This document shows positions 29,988 through 43,821 of a DNA stretch of 64,000 bases, one piece after another (within the stretch, counting starts at the first letter, position 1; each line of letters begins with the position of its first letter). The translations under genes were made by a program, and so were the position numbers. The stretch is from Eledone cirrhosa (lineage: Eukaryota): assembly GCA_964016885.1 (NCBI GenBank), contig CAXHJY010001456.1, positions 30,963-94,962 of the forward strand, read 5' to 3'. The notes beneath the pieces are model-generated. The model ran no database searches. It was not told the DNA's origin and saw only the letters and a list, made by a program, of their open reading frames with translations.

Positions 29988-32900
29988 AAAAAGGAAACGG
30001 GGAGAAAATGTTTCACACCAAGATCAATAGCTGGGTGTGATGTAGTATGGTGTATCTTGGTTTGGTGTGGCTTGGTTTGGTTTGGTGAAGTTATGAAATG
30101 GAAACCAATTGTAAACGATAGATTCCCATGTCATATTCATTGATAATGTGTGGGAAAATAGTCATTTGCAAGCACCTTTGATGTTAGTTTGAGGTGGTAA
30201 CCAAAAAAAAAAAAATAAAAAGCAGGTAGCAAATTTGTCACATTGATCTCCATACCATCGTGTTCTGTAATAAATTTACCATATAGTGAAGTATGGTTAT
30301 GGTGAATTTATGGTGTGGATTGGGGTAGATTAATGTTCTGTGGTGTGCTTTGTTATAAGTGAGGATTTAAATTTCCACTTTGATTTATGTGAGAAAAAAA
30401 ATTTTTCCTTCATTTTTGCATGTGCTATCAACTTCCAAGATGCTCGCAGTGGACTATGCTTTTAACATATTAACAAAAAATATGACTTCCGCTGCAATAA
30501 AAAATGGCTAGCTTTGTAAATGGTATTTCCACCCACATCCTCCCTCTTTTATCTACAAAGCTAGTCATTTTCATCAGGTTTCCATGTCATAACCATTAAT
30601 AATATGTTCATAAAATAGTAATTTGCGAGCCCCTTTTATGTCAAATTAAGCAGAAAATAAAAATTAAAAAAATTTAAAAAAATGCCAGATAAAAATTTGT
30701 CACACCAAAATCAATATCTTGGTGTGATGTAGTATGGTGTGGTTTGGTGAAGTTTCTACAAAGATAGTCATTTTCGATAGGTTTCCATGTCATAATTATT
30801 GATAAGTGGAAAAAAAAATAGTCAATTGGGAGCACCTTTAATGTCAGATTGGGTGGTAAGCACACACACAAAAAAAAGGAAACGGGGAGAAAATGTTTCA
30901 CACCAAGGTCAATAGCTTGGTGTGATGTAGTATGGTGTATCTTGGTTTGGTGTGGTTTGGTTTGGTGAAGTTATGAAATGGAAACCAATTGTACACGATA
31001 GATTCCCATGTCATATTCATTGATAATGTGTGGGAAAATAGTCATTTGCAAGCACCTTTGATGTTAGTTTGAGGTGGTAACCAAAAAAAAAAAATAAAAA
31101 GCAGGTAGCAAATTTGTCACATTGATCTCCATACCATCGTGTTCTGTAATAAATTTACCATATAGTGAAGTATGGTTATGGTGAATTTATGGTGTGGATT
31201 GGTGTAGATTAATGCGCTGTGGTGTGCTTTGTTATAAGTGAGGATTTAAATTTCCACTTTGATTTATGTGAGAAAAAAAATTTTTCCTTCATTTTTGCAT
31301 GTGCTATCAACTTCCAAGATGCTCGCAGTGGACTATGCTTTTAACATATTAACAAAAAATATGACTTCCGCTGCAATAAAAAATGGCTAGCTTTGTAAAT
31401 GGTATTTCCACCCACATCCTCCCTCTTTTTTCTACAAAGCTAGTCATTTTCATCAGGTTTCCATGTCATAACCATTAATAATATGTGCATAAAATAGTAA
31501 TTTGCGAGCACCTTTGATGTCAAATTGGGTGGTAAGCACAAAAAAAAGAAAAAAGAAAAAATGCCAGATGAAAATTTGTCACACCAAAATCAATAACTTG
31601 GTGTGATCTAGTATGGTGTAGTTTGCTGAAGTTTCTACAAAGATAGTCATTTTCGATAGGTTTCCATGTCATAATTATTGATATGTGAAAAATAAAAGTA
31701 AATTGGGAGCACCTTTAACGTCAGATTGGGTGGTGAGCGCACAGAAAAAAAAAAACGAAACGGGGAAAAAAAATTTTTCACACCAAGATCAATAGCTTTG
31801 TGCAATGTAGTATGGTGTATCTTGGTATGGTGTGGTGAAGTTATGAAATGGAAACCAATTGTAAACGATAGATTCCCATGTCATATTCATTGATAATGTG
31901 TGGGAAAATAGTCATTTGCAAGCACCTTTGATGTTAGTTTGAGGTGGTAACCAAAAAAAAAAAAAATAAAAAGCAGGTAGCAAATTTGTCACATTGATCT
32001 CCATACCATCGTGTTCTGTAATAAATTTACCATATAGTGAAGTATGGTTATGGTGAATTTATGGTGTGGATTGGGGTAGATTAATGTTCTGTGGTGTGCT
32101 TTGTTATAAGTGAGGATTTAAATTTCCACTTTGATTTATGTGAGAAAAAAAATTTTTCCTTCATTTTTGCATGTGCTATCAACTTCCAAGATGCTCGCAG
32201 TGGACTATGCTTTTAACATATCAACAAAAAATATGACTTCCGCTGCAATAAAAAATGGCTAGCTTTGTAAATGGTATTTCCACCCACATCCTCCCTCTTT
32301 TTTCTACAAAGCTAGTCATTTTCATCAGGTTTCCATGTCATAACCATTAATAATATGTGCATAAAATAGTAATTTGCGAGCACCTTTGATGTCAAATTGG
32401 GTGGTAAGCACAAAAAAAAGAAAAAAGAAAAAATGCCAGATGAAAATTTGTCACACCAAAATCAATAACTTGGTGTGATCTAGTATGGTGTAGTTTGCTG
32501 AAGTTTCTACAAAGATAGTCATTTTCGATAGGTTTCCATGTCATAATTATTGATATGTGAAAAATAAAAGTAAATTGGGAGCACCTTTAACGTCAGATTG
32601 GGTGGTGAGCGCACAGAAAAAAAAAAAACGAAACGGGGGAAAAAAAATTTTTCACACCAAGATCAATAGCTTTGTGCAATGTAGTATGGTGTATCTTGGT
32701 ATGGTGTGGTGAAGTTATGAAATGGAAACCAATTGTAAACGATAGATTCCCATGTCATATTCATCGATAATGTGTGGGAAAATAGTCATTTGCAAGCACC
32801 TTTGATGTTAGTTTGAGGTGGTAACCAAAAAAAAAAAAATAAAAAGCAGGTAGCAAATTTGTCACATTGATCTCCATACCATCGTGTTCTGTAATAAATT

Positions 32901-35900
32901 TACCATATAGTGAAGTATGGTTATGGTGAATTTATGGTGTGGATTGGGGTAGATTAATGTTCTGTGGTGTGCTTTGTTATAAGTGAGGATTTAAATTTCC
33001 ACTTTGATTTATGTGAGAAAAAAAATTTTTCCTTCATTTTTGCATGTGCTATCAACTTCCAAGATGCTCGCAGTGGACTATGCTTTTAACATATCAACAA
33101 AAAATATGACTTCCGCTGCAATAAAAAATGGCTAGCTTTGTAAATGGTATTTCCACCCACATCCTCCCTCTTTTTTCTACAAAGCTAGTCATTTTCATCA
33201 GGTTTCCATGTCATAACCATTAATAATATGTGCATAAAATAGTAATTTGCGAGCACCTTTGATGTCAAATTGGGTGGTAAGCACAAAAAAAAGAAAAAAG
33301 AAAAAATGCCAGATGAAAATTTGTCACACCAAAATCAATAACTTGGTGTGATCTAGTATGGTGTAGTTTGCTGAAGTTTCTACAAAGATAGTCATTTTCG
33401 ATAGGTTTCCATGTCATAATTATTGATATGTGAAAAATAAAAGTAAATTGGGAGCACCTTTAACGTCAGATTGGGTGGTGAGCGCACAGAAAAAAAAAAA
33501 ACGAAACGGGGGAAAAAAAACTTTTCACACCAAGATCAATAGCGTTGTGAAATGTAGTATGGTGTATCTTGGTATGGTGTGGTGAAGTTATGAAATGGAA
33601 ACCAATTGTAAACGATAGATTCCCATGTCATATTCATTGATAATGTGTGGGAAAATAGTCATTTGCAAGCACCTTTGATGTTAGTTTGAGGTGGTAACCA
33701 CAAAAAAAAATGCTGTGGTGTGCTTTGTTATAAGTGGGGATTTCAATTTCAACTTTGATTTATGTTAGAAAAAAATATTTCCTTCATTTTTGCATGTGCT
33801 ATCAACTTCCAAGATGCTCGCAGTGGACTATGCTTTTAACATATTAACAAAAATTATGACTTCCGCTGCAATAAAAAATGGCTAGCTTTGTAAATGGTAT
33901 TTCCACCCACATCCTCCCTCTTTTATCTACAAAGCTAGTCATTTTCATCAGGTTTCCATGTCATAACCATTAATAATATGTTCATAAAATAGTAATTTGC
34001 GAGCCCCTTTTATGTCAAATTAAGCAGAAAATAAAAATTTAAAAAATTTAAAAAAATGCCAGATAAAAATTTGTCACACCAAAATCAATATCTTGGTGTG
34101 ATGTAGTATGGTGTGGTTTGGTGAAGTTTCTACAAAGATAGTAATTTTCGATAGGTTTCCATGTCATAATTATTGATAAGTGGAAAAAAAAAGTCAATTG
34201 GGAGCACCTTTAATGTCAGATTGGGTGGTAAGCACACACACAAAAAAAAGGAAACGGGGAGAAAATGTTTCACACCAAGATCAATAGCTGGGTGTGATGT
34301 AGTATGGTGTATCTTGGTTTGGTGTGGTTTGGTTTGGTTTGGTGAAGTTATGAAATGGAAACCAATTGTAAACGATAGATTCCCATGTCATATTCACTGA
34401 TAATGTGTGGGAAAATAGTCATTTGCAAGCACCTTTGATGTTAGTTTGAGGTGGTAACCAAAAAAAAAAAAATAAAAAGCAGGTAGCAAATTTGTCACAT
34501 TGATCTCCATACCATCGTGTTCTGTAATAAATTTACCATATAGTGAAGTATGGTTATGGTGAATTTATGGTGTGGATTGGGGTAGATTAATGTTCTGTGG
34601 TGTGCTTTGTTATAAGTGAGGATTTAAATTTCCACTTTGATTTATGTGAGAAAAAAAATTTTTCCTTCATTTTTGCATGTGCTATCAACTTCCAAGATGC
34701 TCGCAGTGGACTATGCTTTTAACATTAACAAAAAATATGACTTCCGCTGCAATAAAAAATGGCTAGCTTTGTAAATGGTATTTCCACCCACATCCTCCCT
34801 CTTTTTTCTACAAAGCTAGTCATTTTCATCAGGTTTCCATGTCATAACCATTAATAATATGTGCATAAAATAGTAATTTGCGAGCACCTTTGATGTCAAA
34901 TTGGGTGGTAAGCACAAAAAAAAGAAAAAAGAAAAAATGCCAGATGAAAATTTGTCACACCAAAATCAATAACTTGGTGTGATCTAGTATGGTGTAGTTT
35001 GCTGAAGTTTCTACAAAGATAGTCATTTTCGATAGGTTTCCATGTCATAATTATTGATATGTGAAAAATAAAAGTAAATTGGGAGCACCTTTAATGTCAG
35101 ATTGGGTGGTGAGCGCACAGAAAAAAAAAAAACGAAACAGGGAAAAAAAATTTTTCACACCAAGATCAATAGCTTTGTGCAATGTAGTATGGTGTATCTT
35201 GGTATGGTGTAGTGAAGTTATGAAATGGAAACCAATTGTAAACGATAGATTCCCATGTCATATTCATTGATAATGTGTGGGAAAATAGTCATTTGCAAGC
35301 ACCTTTGATGTTAGTTTGAGGTGGTAACCACAAAAAAAAAAAAAAAGCAGGTAGCAAATTTGTCACATTGATTTCCATACCATGGTGTGATGTAAATGGT
35401 AGTAGGTGTTCTGTAATAAATTTACCATATAGTGAAGTATATGGTGTGGATTGGGGTAGATTAATGTGCTGTGGTGTGCTTTGTTATAAGTGGGGATTTC
35501 AATTTCAACTTTGATTTACGTTAGAAAAAAATATTTCCTTCATTTTTGCATGTGCTATCAACTTCCAAGATGCTCGCAGTGGACTATGCTTTTAACATAT
35601 TAACAAAAATTATGACTTCCGCTGCAATAAAAAATGGCTAGCTTTGTAAATGGTATTTCCACCCACATCCTCCCTCTTTCATCTACAAAGCTCGTCATTT
35701 TCATCAGGTTTCCATGTCATAACCATTAATAATATGTTCATAAAATAGTAATTTGCGAGCCCCTTTTATGTCAAATTAAGCACAAAATAAAAATTAAAAA
35801 AATTAAAAAAAATGCCAGATGAAAATTTGTCACACCAAAATCAATATCTTGGTGTGATGTAGTATGGTGTGGTTTGGTGAAGTTTCTACAAAGATAGTAA

Positions 35901-37830
35901 TTTTCGATAGGTTTCCATGTCATAATTATTGATAAGTGGAAAAAAAAATAGTCAATTGGGAGCACCTTTAATGTCAGATTGGGTGGTAAGCACACACACA
36001 CACAAAAAAAAAAAGGAAACGTGGAGAAAATGTTTCACACCAAGATCAATAGCTTGGTGTGATGTAGTATGGTGTATCTTGGTTTGGTTTGGTTTGGTGA
36101 AATTATGAAATGGAAACCAATTGTAAACGATAGATTCTCATGTCATATTCATTGATAATGTGTAGGAAAATAGTCATTTGCAAGCACCTTTGATGTTAGT
36201 TTGAGGTGGTAACCAAAAAAAAAAATAAAAAGCAGGTAGCAAATTTGTCACATTGATCTCCAAACCATGGTGTTCTGTAATAAATTTACCATATAGTGTA
36301 GTATGGTTAAGGTGAATTTATGGTGTGGATTGGGGTAGATTAATGTGCTGTGGTGTGCTTTGTTATAAGTGAGCATTTAAATTTCCACTTTGATTTATGT
36401 TATAAAAAAAATGTTTCCTTCATTTTTGCATGTGCTATCAACTTCCAAGATGCTCGCAGTGGACTATGCTTTTAACATTAACAAAAAATATGACTTCCGC
36501 TGCAATAAAAAATGACTAGCTTTGTAAATGGTATTTTCACCCATATCCTCCCTCTTTTTTCTACAAAGCTAGTCATTTTGGATAGTTTTCCATGTCATAA
36601 TTATTGATAATATCTGCGAAAAATAGTCAATTGCAGCACCTTTGATGTCAGATTGGGTGGTAAGAACACACAAAAAAAAAAAAAAAGAAACAGGAAGAAA
36701 ATTTTTCACACTGAGATCAAAAGCATGGTGTGATGTAGAATGGTGTAGTTTGTTGTGGTATAGTTTGGACTGTTGTACTTATGACATGGGAACCTATTGC
36801 AAATGATAGGTTTCCATGTTATATACATTGATAATGTGTAAAAAAAATAGTTATTTGTGAGCACCTTTGATATCAGATTGGGTGCTAAGCATAAACACAC
36901 ACAGAAAAAAAAAACAGGAAGAAAAATGTTCTCACTGAGATTAATAGCATGGTGTGATGTAGTATGGTGTAGTTTGGTATGGTGTAGTTTGATGTAGTTT
37001 AATATGGTATGGTTTTCCAACCTCCAACATGCTTACAGCCGACTATGCTTTTACCATCATCATCATTTTACGTCCACTTTTCCCTGCTTGCAAGGGTGGG
37101 ACGGGAACTGATTTTGGCTTGATTTCTACAGATGGATGCCCTTCCTAACACCAATCTCACTTACAGTGAGTGCTGGGTGGTCTTTGCCGTAGCACGTACA
37201 CGACCACTTTGCAGTGGAATGATAGGGACACCAGTCCCTCTCATCTCATTACTACAGCTGAGTAAACTGGAGCAATGTGAAATAAAGTGTCTTGCTCAAA
37301 GAAACAACACACCACCTGGTCTGAGAATTGAACTCACATCCTTTCGATTGCAAGACCAATGCTCTAACCACTAAGCCATGTGCCTCCATTACCATATTAA
37401 CAACAAACATGACTTTCATTGCAATCAAAAATGACAAGCTTTGTGAATGGTATTTCCACCCACTTTCCGCCCTCTTTTTTCTACAAAGCTAGTCATTTTC
37501 AATAGGTTTCAAAGTCTTCATTGATAATATGTGCAAAAAATAGTTAATTGCGAACACTTTTAATGTCAGATTGGGTGGTAAGCACACACACAAAAAAGAC
37601 AAAAAAAGCAGGAAAAAACTTTTTCACACTGAGTTCAATAAAATGGTGTGATGTAGTATGGTGTAGTTTGTTATGGTGCGGTTTGGTTTGGTGTAGTTTG
37701 GTATGGTTTAGTTTGGTGTAGTTATAACATGGAAACCTATCATAAATTTACCAAGGTATGGTATAATCTGGTTTGGTGTAGTGTAGGTTAGTGTGGTGTG
37801 GTGTGTTATTGTGTTGCATCGTATAGCGTG
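28190..37830. repeat. Complex satellite, ~875-bp unit, about 10-11 copies, built from ~200-bp diverged subunits
   Basis: catttttgcatgtgctatcaactt occurs at about 28610, 29487, 30411, 31290, 32162, 33035, 33784, 34668, 35541 and 36421. Variants of ggtttccatgtcat occur three times per unit. Confidence 0.95.
37058..37387 (-). mobile_element. tRNA-derived SINE with CORE-like body and RTE-derived 3' tail
   Basis: Minus strand has A-box TGGCTTAGTGG, B-box GAGTTCAATTC and CORE-like ctttgagcaagacacttt. The 3' part matches the RTE 3' UTR (62585-62760) and ends in (GAT)n. A TTACCAT target duplication is at 37051 and 37389. Confidence 0.85.
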
Positions 37831-37924
37831 ATTCTCTTTAAATTAAAATCATTAAAATGTAATGCCTATCTTCTATATCTTAAAGAGTGACCTTAAATGT
37901 GATTGCAAATGACTTTTTCTCTGG

Positions 37925-40900
37925 ATTAATGTTAGATTTAGGGTTAGTGTAAGTTTTACTGTTAATGGTAAGTTTATTGTTAGTGACTGTGTTACTGTTA
38001 GCATTACTGTCACTGTTAGTGTTACTGTAACTGTTACTCTTACAGTTATTGTTTGCGTTACTGTCTGCATCAGCGTTAGCATTTGCATAAGCATCTATGT
38101 AAGCTTTTGTGTTAGTGTCTATGTAGACTGGTGTTAGCATCTGCGTTAGTGTTTGGATTAGCCTCAGTGTTTGCGTAAATGTCAGCATTTGCGTCAGCGT
38201 CTGCATTGGTGATAGTGATTGTGTCAGCATTTCCCTCAGTGTCAGCGTTTGCATCAGCGTGCACGTCAGCATTTGCATTAGTGTTTGAGTCAGTGTTAAC
38301 ATCAGCGTTTGCATTTGTATGGGGGTTTGCATTGGCGTCAGCATCTGCATCAGCATTCACATTAACATTAGCATTTGCGACAGCGTTTCCTTTAACGTCT
38401 TTGTCAGCATTTCCGTTAGCGTCTGTGTCAGTGTTTCCGTTAGCTTCTACGTCAGCGTTTCCGACCGCGTCTGTGTCAGCGTCAGTATTTACATCTACAT
38501 CAGCGTTTCAGTTAACGTCAGTATTTACGTTAGCGTCTGTGTCAGCGTTTACGTTAGCGTCTGTGTCAGCGTTTACGTTAGCTTCTACGTCAGCGTTTCC
38601 GTAACGTGTACGTCAGCGTTTTCCGTTAGCATTAGCGTTTCCATTAACCTTTCCTGTGGCGTCCGCATCATTGCAGCGTCTGCATATCCCATGTAAGCGT
38701 TAACTTCAGCATTTGCGTCAGCGTTAGCGTTAGCCTTAGCCCTAGCGTCCGCATCAGCATTTGCTTTAGCGTCAGCATACACGTCAGCGCCTGGCAATAC
38801 TGCCTCAACATTTACGTCAGCGTTAGCTTGGCTTTGGCTTCAGCAATCCGCATCAGAAATTGCGTTTTGGAGATCAGCTTCGGCGGTAAGGGTAAACGCT
38901 AATTTCTACGCCTGCTTCTACGTAACAACTACGTCAGCGTTTTGTTAGCTTCTACGTCAGCGTTTACGTTAGCTTCTACGTCAGCATCTACGTTAGCTTC
39001 TACGTCAGCGTCTACGTTAACATCTACGTCATCGTTTACGTTAGCTTCTACATCAGCATCTACATTAGCGTCTACGTCAGCGCTTACATTAGTGTCTGTG
39101 TCAGCGTTTGTGTTAGCTTCTACATCAGCGTCTCTATTTACATCTACATCAGCGTCAGCATTTACATTTGCGTCTGTGTCAGCATTTACATTAGCTTCTA
39201 CGTCATCGTTTACGTTAGCATCTGTGTCAACGTGTGTTAGCATCTGAGTCAGCGTTTATGTTAGCGTCTGCGTCAGTGTTTATATTAGCATCTGCGTCAG
39301 TGTTTACGTTAGCATCTGTGTTAACGTGTGTTAGCGTCTGCGTCAGCATTTTCATTAGTGTTTGCATCAGTGTTTCCTTTAGCTTCTACGTCAATGTTTA
39401 CGTCTGCGTTAAGGTTCAGATTAGCATCGCTGTCATCATTTGCGTCAGCATTTGCGTTTGCTTTAACATCTGCATCAGCATTTGCGTCTGTGTTTGCATT
39501 AGTGTCTGCATTTGCTTTAGTGTTTGCATCAGCGTGAGCATTTGTGTCAGTGTCCACGTCAGCGTTAGAGTCTGTGTAGCATTTACATCAGCGTGTGCGT
39601 CAGAGTCTTTGTCAGCATTCGCCTTTGCACTTGCATCAGTATTCACGTTAGTGTTTGTGTCAGCGTAAGCGATTGTGTCAACATTTGCGCTAGAATTTGT
39701 GTCAGCATAGCCATCTTCGTCAGTGTCAGCTTTGGCGTTAGTGTTTCCATTAGTGTTCGTGTTAGTGTTTGATTTTGTATTAGTGTTAGCATTTTTGTTA
39801 GTGTTCAGGTTAATGTTCGTGTTAATGTCAGTTTTAGTGTTAGTGTTTTATTGTGTGTTAATGTTTGTGTTAGTGTTTCCATTAATGTTAGTGCTAGTCT
39901 TTGTTTTTCTGTTAATGTTAGTGTTTGTTTTAGTGTTGAGGTTAATGTTAGCTTAGTGTTCTGGTTAGTATCAGTTTTCGTGTTAGTTTTAGTGTTTTTT
40001 TAGTGTTTGTTTTTGTGTTAATATGTGTTAGTATCTCTGTTAGCATTAGTGATTGATGTTTCCATTAGTGTTACTGATTGTGTTAGCGTTAGTCTTTGTT
40101 TTTGTGTTAATGTTAGCATTAGTATTTCTGTTAGTGTTAGCATGAGTGTTTGTGTTAGTGTTCAGGTTAATGTTAGCTTAGTTTTCAGGTTAGTGTTAGT
40201 GTTCAAGTTAATGTTAGTTTTAGTGTTAGAGATTGTGTTTGTTTTTGTGTTAATATTTGTGTTAGTATCTCTGTTAGTGTTAGTTTTAGTATTCAGGTTA
40301 ATGTTAGTTTTAGTGTAAGTGTTCAGGTTAGTGTTAATGTTCAAGTTAATGTTAGTGTTAGTTTTAGTGTTAAGGTTAGTGTTAGAGATTGTGTTAGTGT
40401 TAGTATTTGTTTTTGTGTTAATATTTGTGTTAGTATCTGTTAGCATTAGTGTTTGATGTTTCCATTAGTGTTAGTGATTGTGTTAGCGTTAGTCTTTATT
40501 TTTGTGTTAATGTTAGCGTTAATGTTAGCATTAGTATTTCTGTTAGTGTTAGCATTAGTGTTTATGTTAGTGTTCAAGTTAATCTTAGTTTTAGTGTTAG
40601 TGTTGAGGTTAGTGTTAGAGATTGTGTTAGTGTTTGTGTTAGTGTTTGTTTTTGTGTTAATATTTGTGTTAGTACCTCTGTTAGCGTTAGTGTTTGTTTT
40701 AGTGTTGAAATTAATGTTAGCTTAGTTTTCTGGTTAGTATCAGTTTTCAGATTAGTGTTTGTGTTACTTTTAGTGTTAGTGCTCAGGTCAGTGTTAGTGT
40801 TTACGGTAGTGTTAGTTTTAGTGCTGGTGTTCAGGTTAGTGTTAGTGTCAGTTTTAGTGTTCAGGTTAGTGTTTGTGTTAGTTTTCTATTTAATGTTAGT

Positions 40901-41020
40901 TTTCAGATTTTGTGTTTGTGTTAGTTTTCATGTTAGCGCTAAGTTCACTGTTAGCGCATGTGTGAGTGCAAGTGTTAGGGTAAGTGTTATTTTTAAAGTT
41001 CGGATTTAGCTTAAAGTTAG
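37925..41020. repeat. Degenerate hexamer tract (GTTAGT/GTTAGC/GTCAGC-type), ~3.1 kb
   Basis: 6-bp periodicity throughout, more GC-rich at 38100-39720 and more T-rich at 39720-41000. Confidence 0.9.
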
Positions 41021-41321
41021 GTTTTCTACTTTCCAAGAAAAAAAGTTGATCCTCTCTAACTTGAGTGGTGTGATATAGTGTGGTAAAGTATAGTGTTTCA
41101 TAGTCTTGTGTGGTGTTGTCTATTGTTGTATAGTGTAGTATGGTATAGTGTTTCATAACATGGTCTGATGTGAGGTCGTACAGTGTTTCGTAGTGTGGTA
41201 TTGGATAATGTGGTGTTGTATGGTATAGGTTGATGTAGTGTGACTTAGTTTGATTATAATAATACAAATAATAATAACAATAATAATAGTAATAATAATT
41301 GTTCTTCTTGTTCATTTTCTT

Positions 41322-41432
41322 TGTCTTCTTCTGTGCCTTTGTCTTCTTCTGTGCCTTTGTCTTCTTCTGTGCCTTTGTCTTCTTCTGTGCCTTTGTCTTC
41401 TTCTGTGCCTTTGACTTCTTCTGTGCCTTTAT
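41322..41432. repeat. 18-bp minisatellite (GTCTTCTTCTGTGCCTTT), about 6 copies
   Basis: Direct reading. Confidence 0.92.
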
Positions 41433-42271
41433 CTTCTCCTCTGCCATCTAAATACCAAAAACAAAGAATATAAAACATATGTTGCCTATCTCTCAGACTT
41501 TACAAAGTGCTGAGGAGATAAAGTTAATTTAAAGAGCAGTGTGCTCATGCACTGTGATCCTATAATGTAGCTTATAAGCTATTTCATAACTAAAAAACAA
41601 TGTCAAACATCAACAAAAGTATTTACAAATATCTTTGAATGTTTAAGTTAAACCTAAATAGATCGTATCTACAGGTCATTAGGTTAAGACTGAACTAAGA
41701 TCATATCTATAAATCATTAGGTTTAGACTGAACTGAGATCATACTTTCTTCTTCTTTTCGTCATCTTCGTTTCCCGTGTCTTCTTTGTCTTTGTTGTCAT
41801 TTTAGTTGTCTGCTGCTTCGTCGTCTTTTTCTTCTTTTCCATCTAAATATGAAAAAAAAATTGCAAACAAATATATAGCTGATCTCTCAGACTTTCACGA
41901 AACACCGAGGAGATAGAGTTAATATAACGAGTGGGGAGCTCATATATATATATATATGGTATAGCATGGTGTTATGTGGTCTGGTGTGGTACAACATGGT
42001 GTGATGTGGTGTGGTATGATATGGTGGTGGGGGGGACAACGTTAGATTAATGTTAACAATACACATGTAGCATCCACATGTGATGAGAAGGGGGAAACAG
42101 TGTTTAACTAATTTTAACATTACATGTAGCATCCATCTCCAGGTAATTCAGTTAAGACTGAGGTGTAATCATATGAAAAGGTCAATGAAGTGTTTACTTA
42201 CTCAGATCCTTTGAAATAACTTTCTCTTACTGTAACTGGACATACCTACAAAATAGAAAACAGTCAAATAG

Positions 42272-42772
42272 AAAGTGGTGTGGTGTTGTGTAGTGTGGTG
42301 TAGTGTGGTGTGGTGTGTAGTGTAGTGTAGTGTAGTCTAGTGTAGTCTAGTGTAGTGTAGGGTAGTGGAGTGTGGTTTAGTGTAGTGGACAGTGGTGTGG
42401 TGTAGTGGACAGTGGTGTAGTGTTGTCTAGTCTAGTGTAGAGTAGTGGAGTGTGGTTTATTGTAGTGGACAGTGGTGTGGTGGAGTGGAGTGTAGTTCAA
42501 TGTAGGGTGGGGGATATAGTGTAGTGGAGTGTAGTGGATGTAGTGTGGTAGCGTGTGGTGTGATGGCATGTGATGTGATGGGGTGTGGTGTGGTGTGGTG
42601 AGATGTGATGTGGTGTGAAGTGGTGTGGTGAGATGTGGTGTGGTGAAATGTGATGTGGTGAAATGTGATGTGGTAAAATGTGATGTGATGTGATGTGGTG
42701 AGATGTGGTGAGATGTGGTGAGATGTGGTGAGATGTGGTGAGATGTGGTGAGATGTGGTGAGATGTGATGTG
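42272..42772. repeat. Pentamer microsatellite (GTGTA/GTGGT/GTGAT)
   Basis: Direct reading. Similar tracts are at 41065-41250 and 43822-44262. Confidence 0.95.
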
Positions 42773-42775
42773 AAA

Positions 42776-43821
42776 TTTTTTCCTCCTATTTTTCATGTGC
42801 TATCAACTAATCCAATCTCCAAGATGCTTGAAACTGACTTCCTCCCCCCCAGGAAAACGGCGGGGTGAGGTGGTTCCCCCTTCACCCGGATAACCCCTGC
42901 TTACTCGGAATTTTCTCTTTGATTCTATTTTCATGCGTTATCAGTGAATATGACTTCCAAACCAGTCAAAAACAACTAGCTTTGGAGAAAGAGGAGAGGG
43001 AGAAGGGAAGAGTTTTGCAGATCTACACCCCACTCACATGTTGTGGGACTTAATCATTTTCGGTATATTTCCTTTGCTATTAATTTCCTATGCTATTTCC
43101 TATGCTATTTCCTATGCTATTTCCTGTGCTATTTCCTGTGCTATTAATTAATCTGACCTCCTAGATGCTTCCAATCAACTTATTTCCCTGGGTTAGGTTT
43201 AGGGTAATGTTTAGGGTTTAGTTTTAGGTTTGGAGTAAAGTTTAGGGTTTAGTTTTAGATTTGGGGTAAAGTTTAGGGTTTACTTTTAGGTTTGGGGTAA
43301 AGTTTAGGGTTTACTTTTAGGGTTGAGGTAATGTTTAGGGTTTAGTTTTATGGTTTGAGTATAGTTTAGAGTTTAGTTTAAGGGATGGAGTTAAGTTTAT
43401 ATTTATATTTAGCTTGGTTTGGTTTAGATTTAGAGTTTAGGGTTGGGGCTAGATTTAATTTTATGTTTAATTTAGTTTTAGTTTCCAAATCCCAGAAAAA
43501 AAATTGATTCAGAGCAACTAAAAGGTCAGATTAGTTGATAGCACTCAAAAGAAGACCGAAGAAAAATCATTCGGGTATATATCTACAAAACGACAATGGT
43601 TTTTCCACCTGCTTTACCCCTCCTTTTTCCTAGAACAACTAATCATTTCCAACTGGTTTGGAGGTCATATTCGTTGATAACATACGAAAAATCTTAGAGA
43701 AAACTCTAGGGTTAAATGAGAGAAGTGCATCCACCTAAGTTTTCCATGAAGAGAGAGTCAATAACAAACATCTTGGAGTTCGGATTAGTTGATAACACAT
43801 GATAAAAAGATGAGGAAAAAA
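42776..43821. mobile_element. Foldback/MITE-like element with ~350-400-bp degenerate inverted arms and a central TTAGGG-like tract
   Basis: ttttcctc..catgtgctatcaactaatcc..ctccaagatg at 42776 pairs with 43770-43821. Arm similarity extends to about 43190/43488, and TTTAGGG/TTTAG repeats fill 43190-43480. Confidence 0.7.

Noticed and set aside
28190-37830. CRISPR-like or coding interpretation of the regular repeats
   Set aside because: Units are ~875 bp with no unique spacers and no cas genes, the context is eukaryotic, and the ORFs are short and not conserved.
40896-41447. 183-aa histone H1-like KKTKAQ protein
   Set aside because: The ORF runs from an 18-bp minisatellite into (TAT)n and pentamer repeats with no globular domain. 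It is kept only as a possible exon cassette.
43190-43480. True or interstitial telomere array
   Set aside because: The TTAGGG-like units are highly degenerate and sit between the arms of a foldback element.
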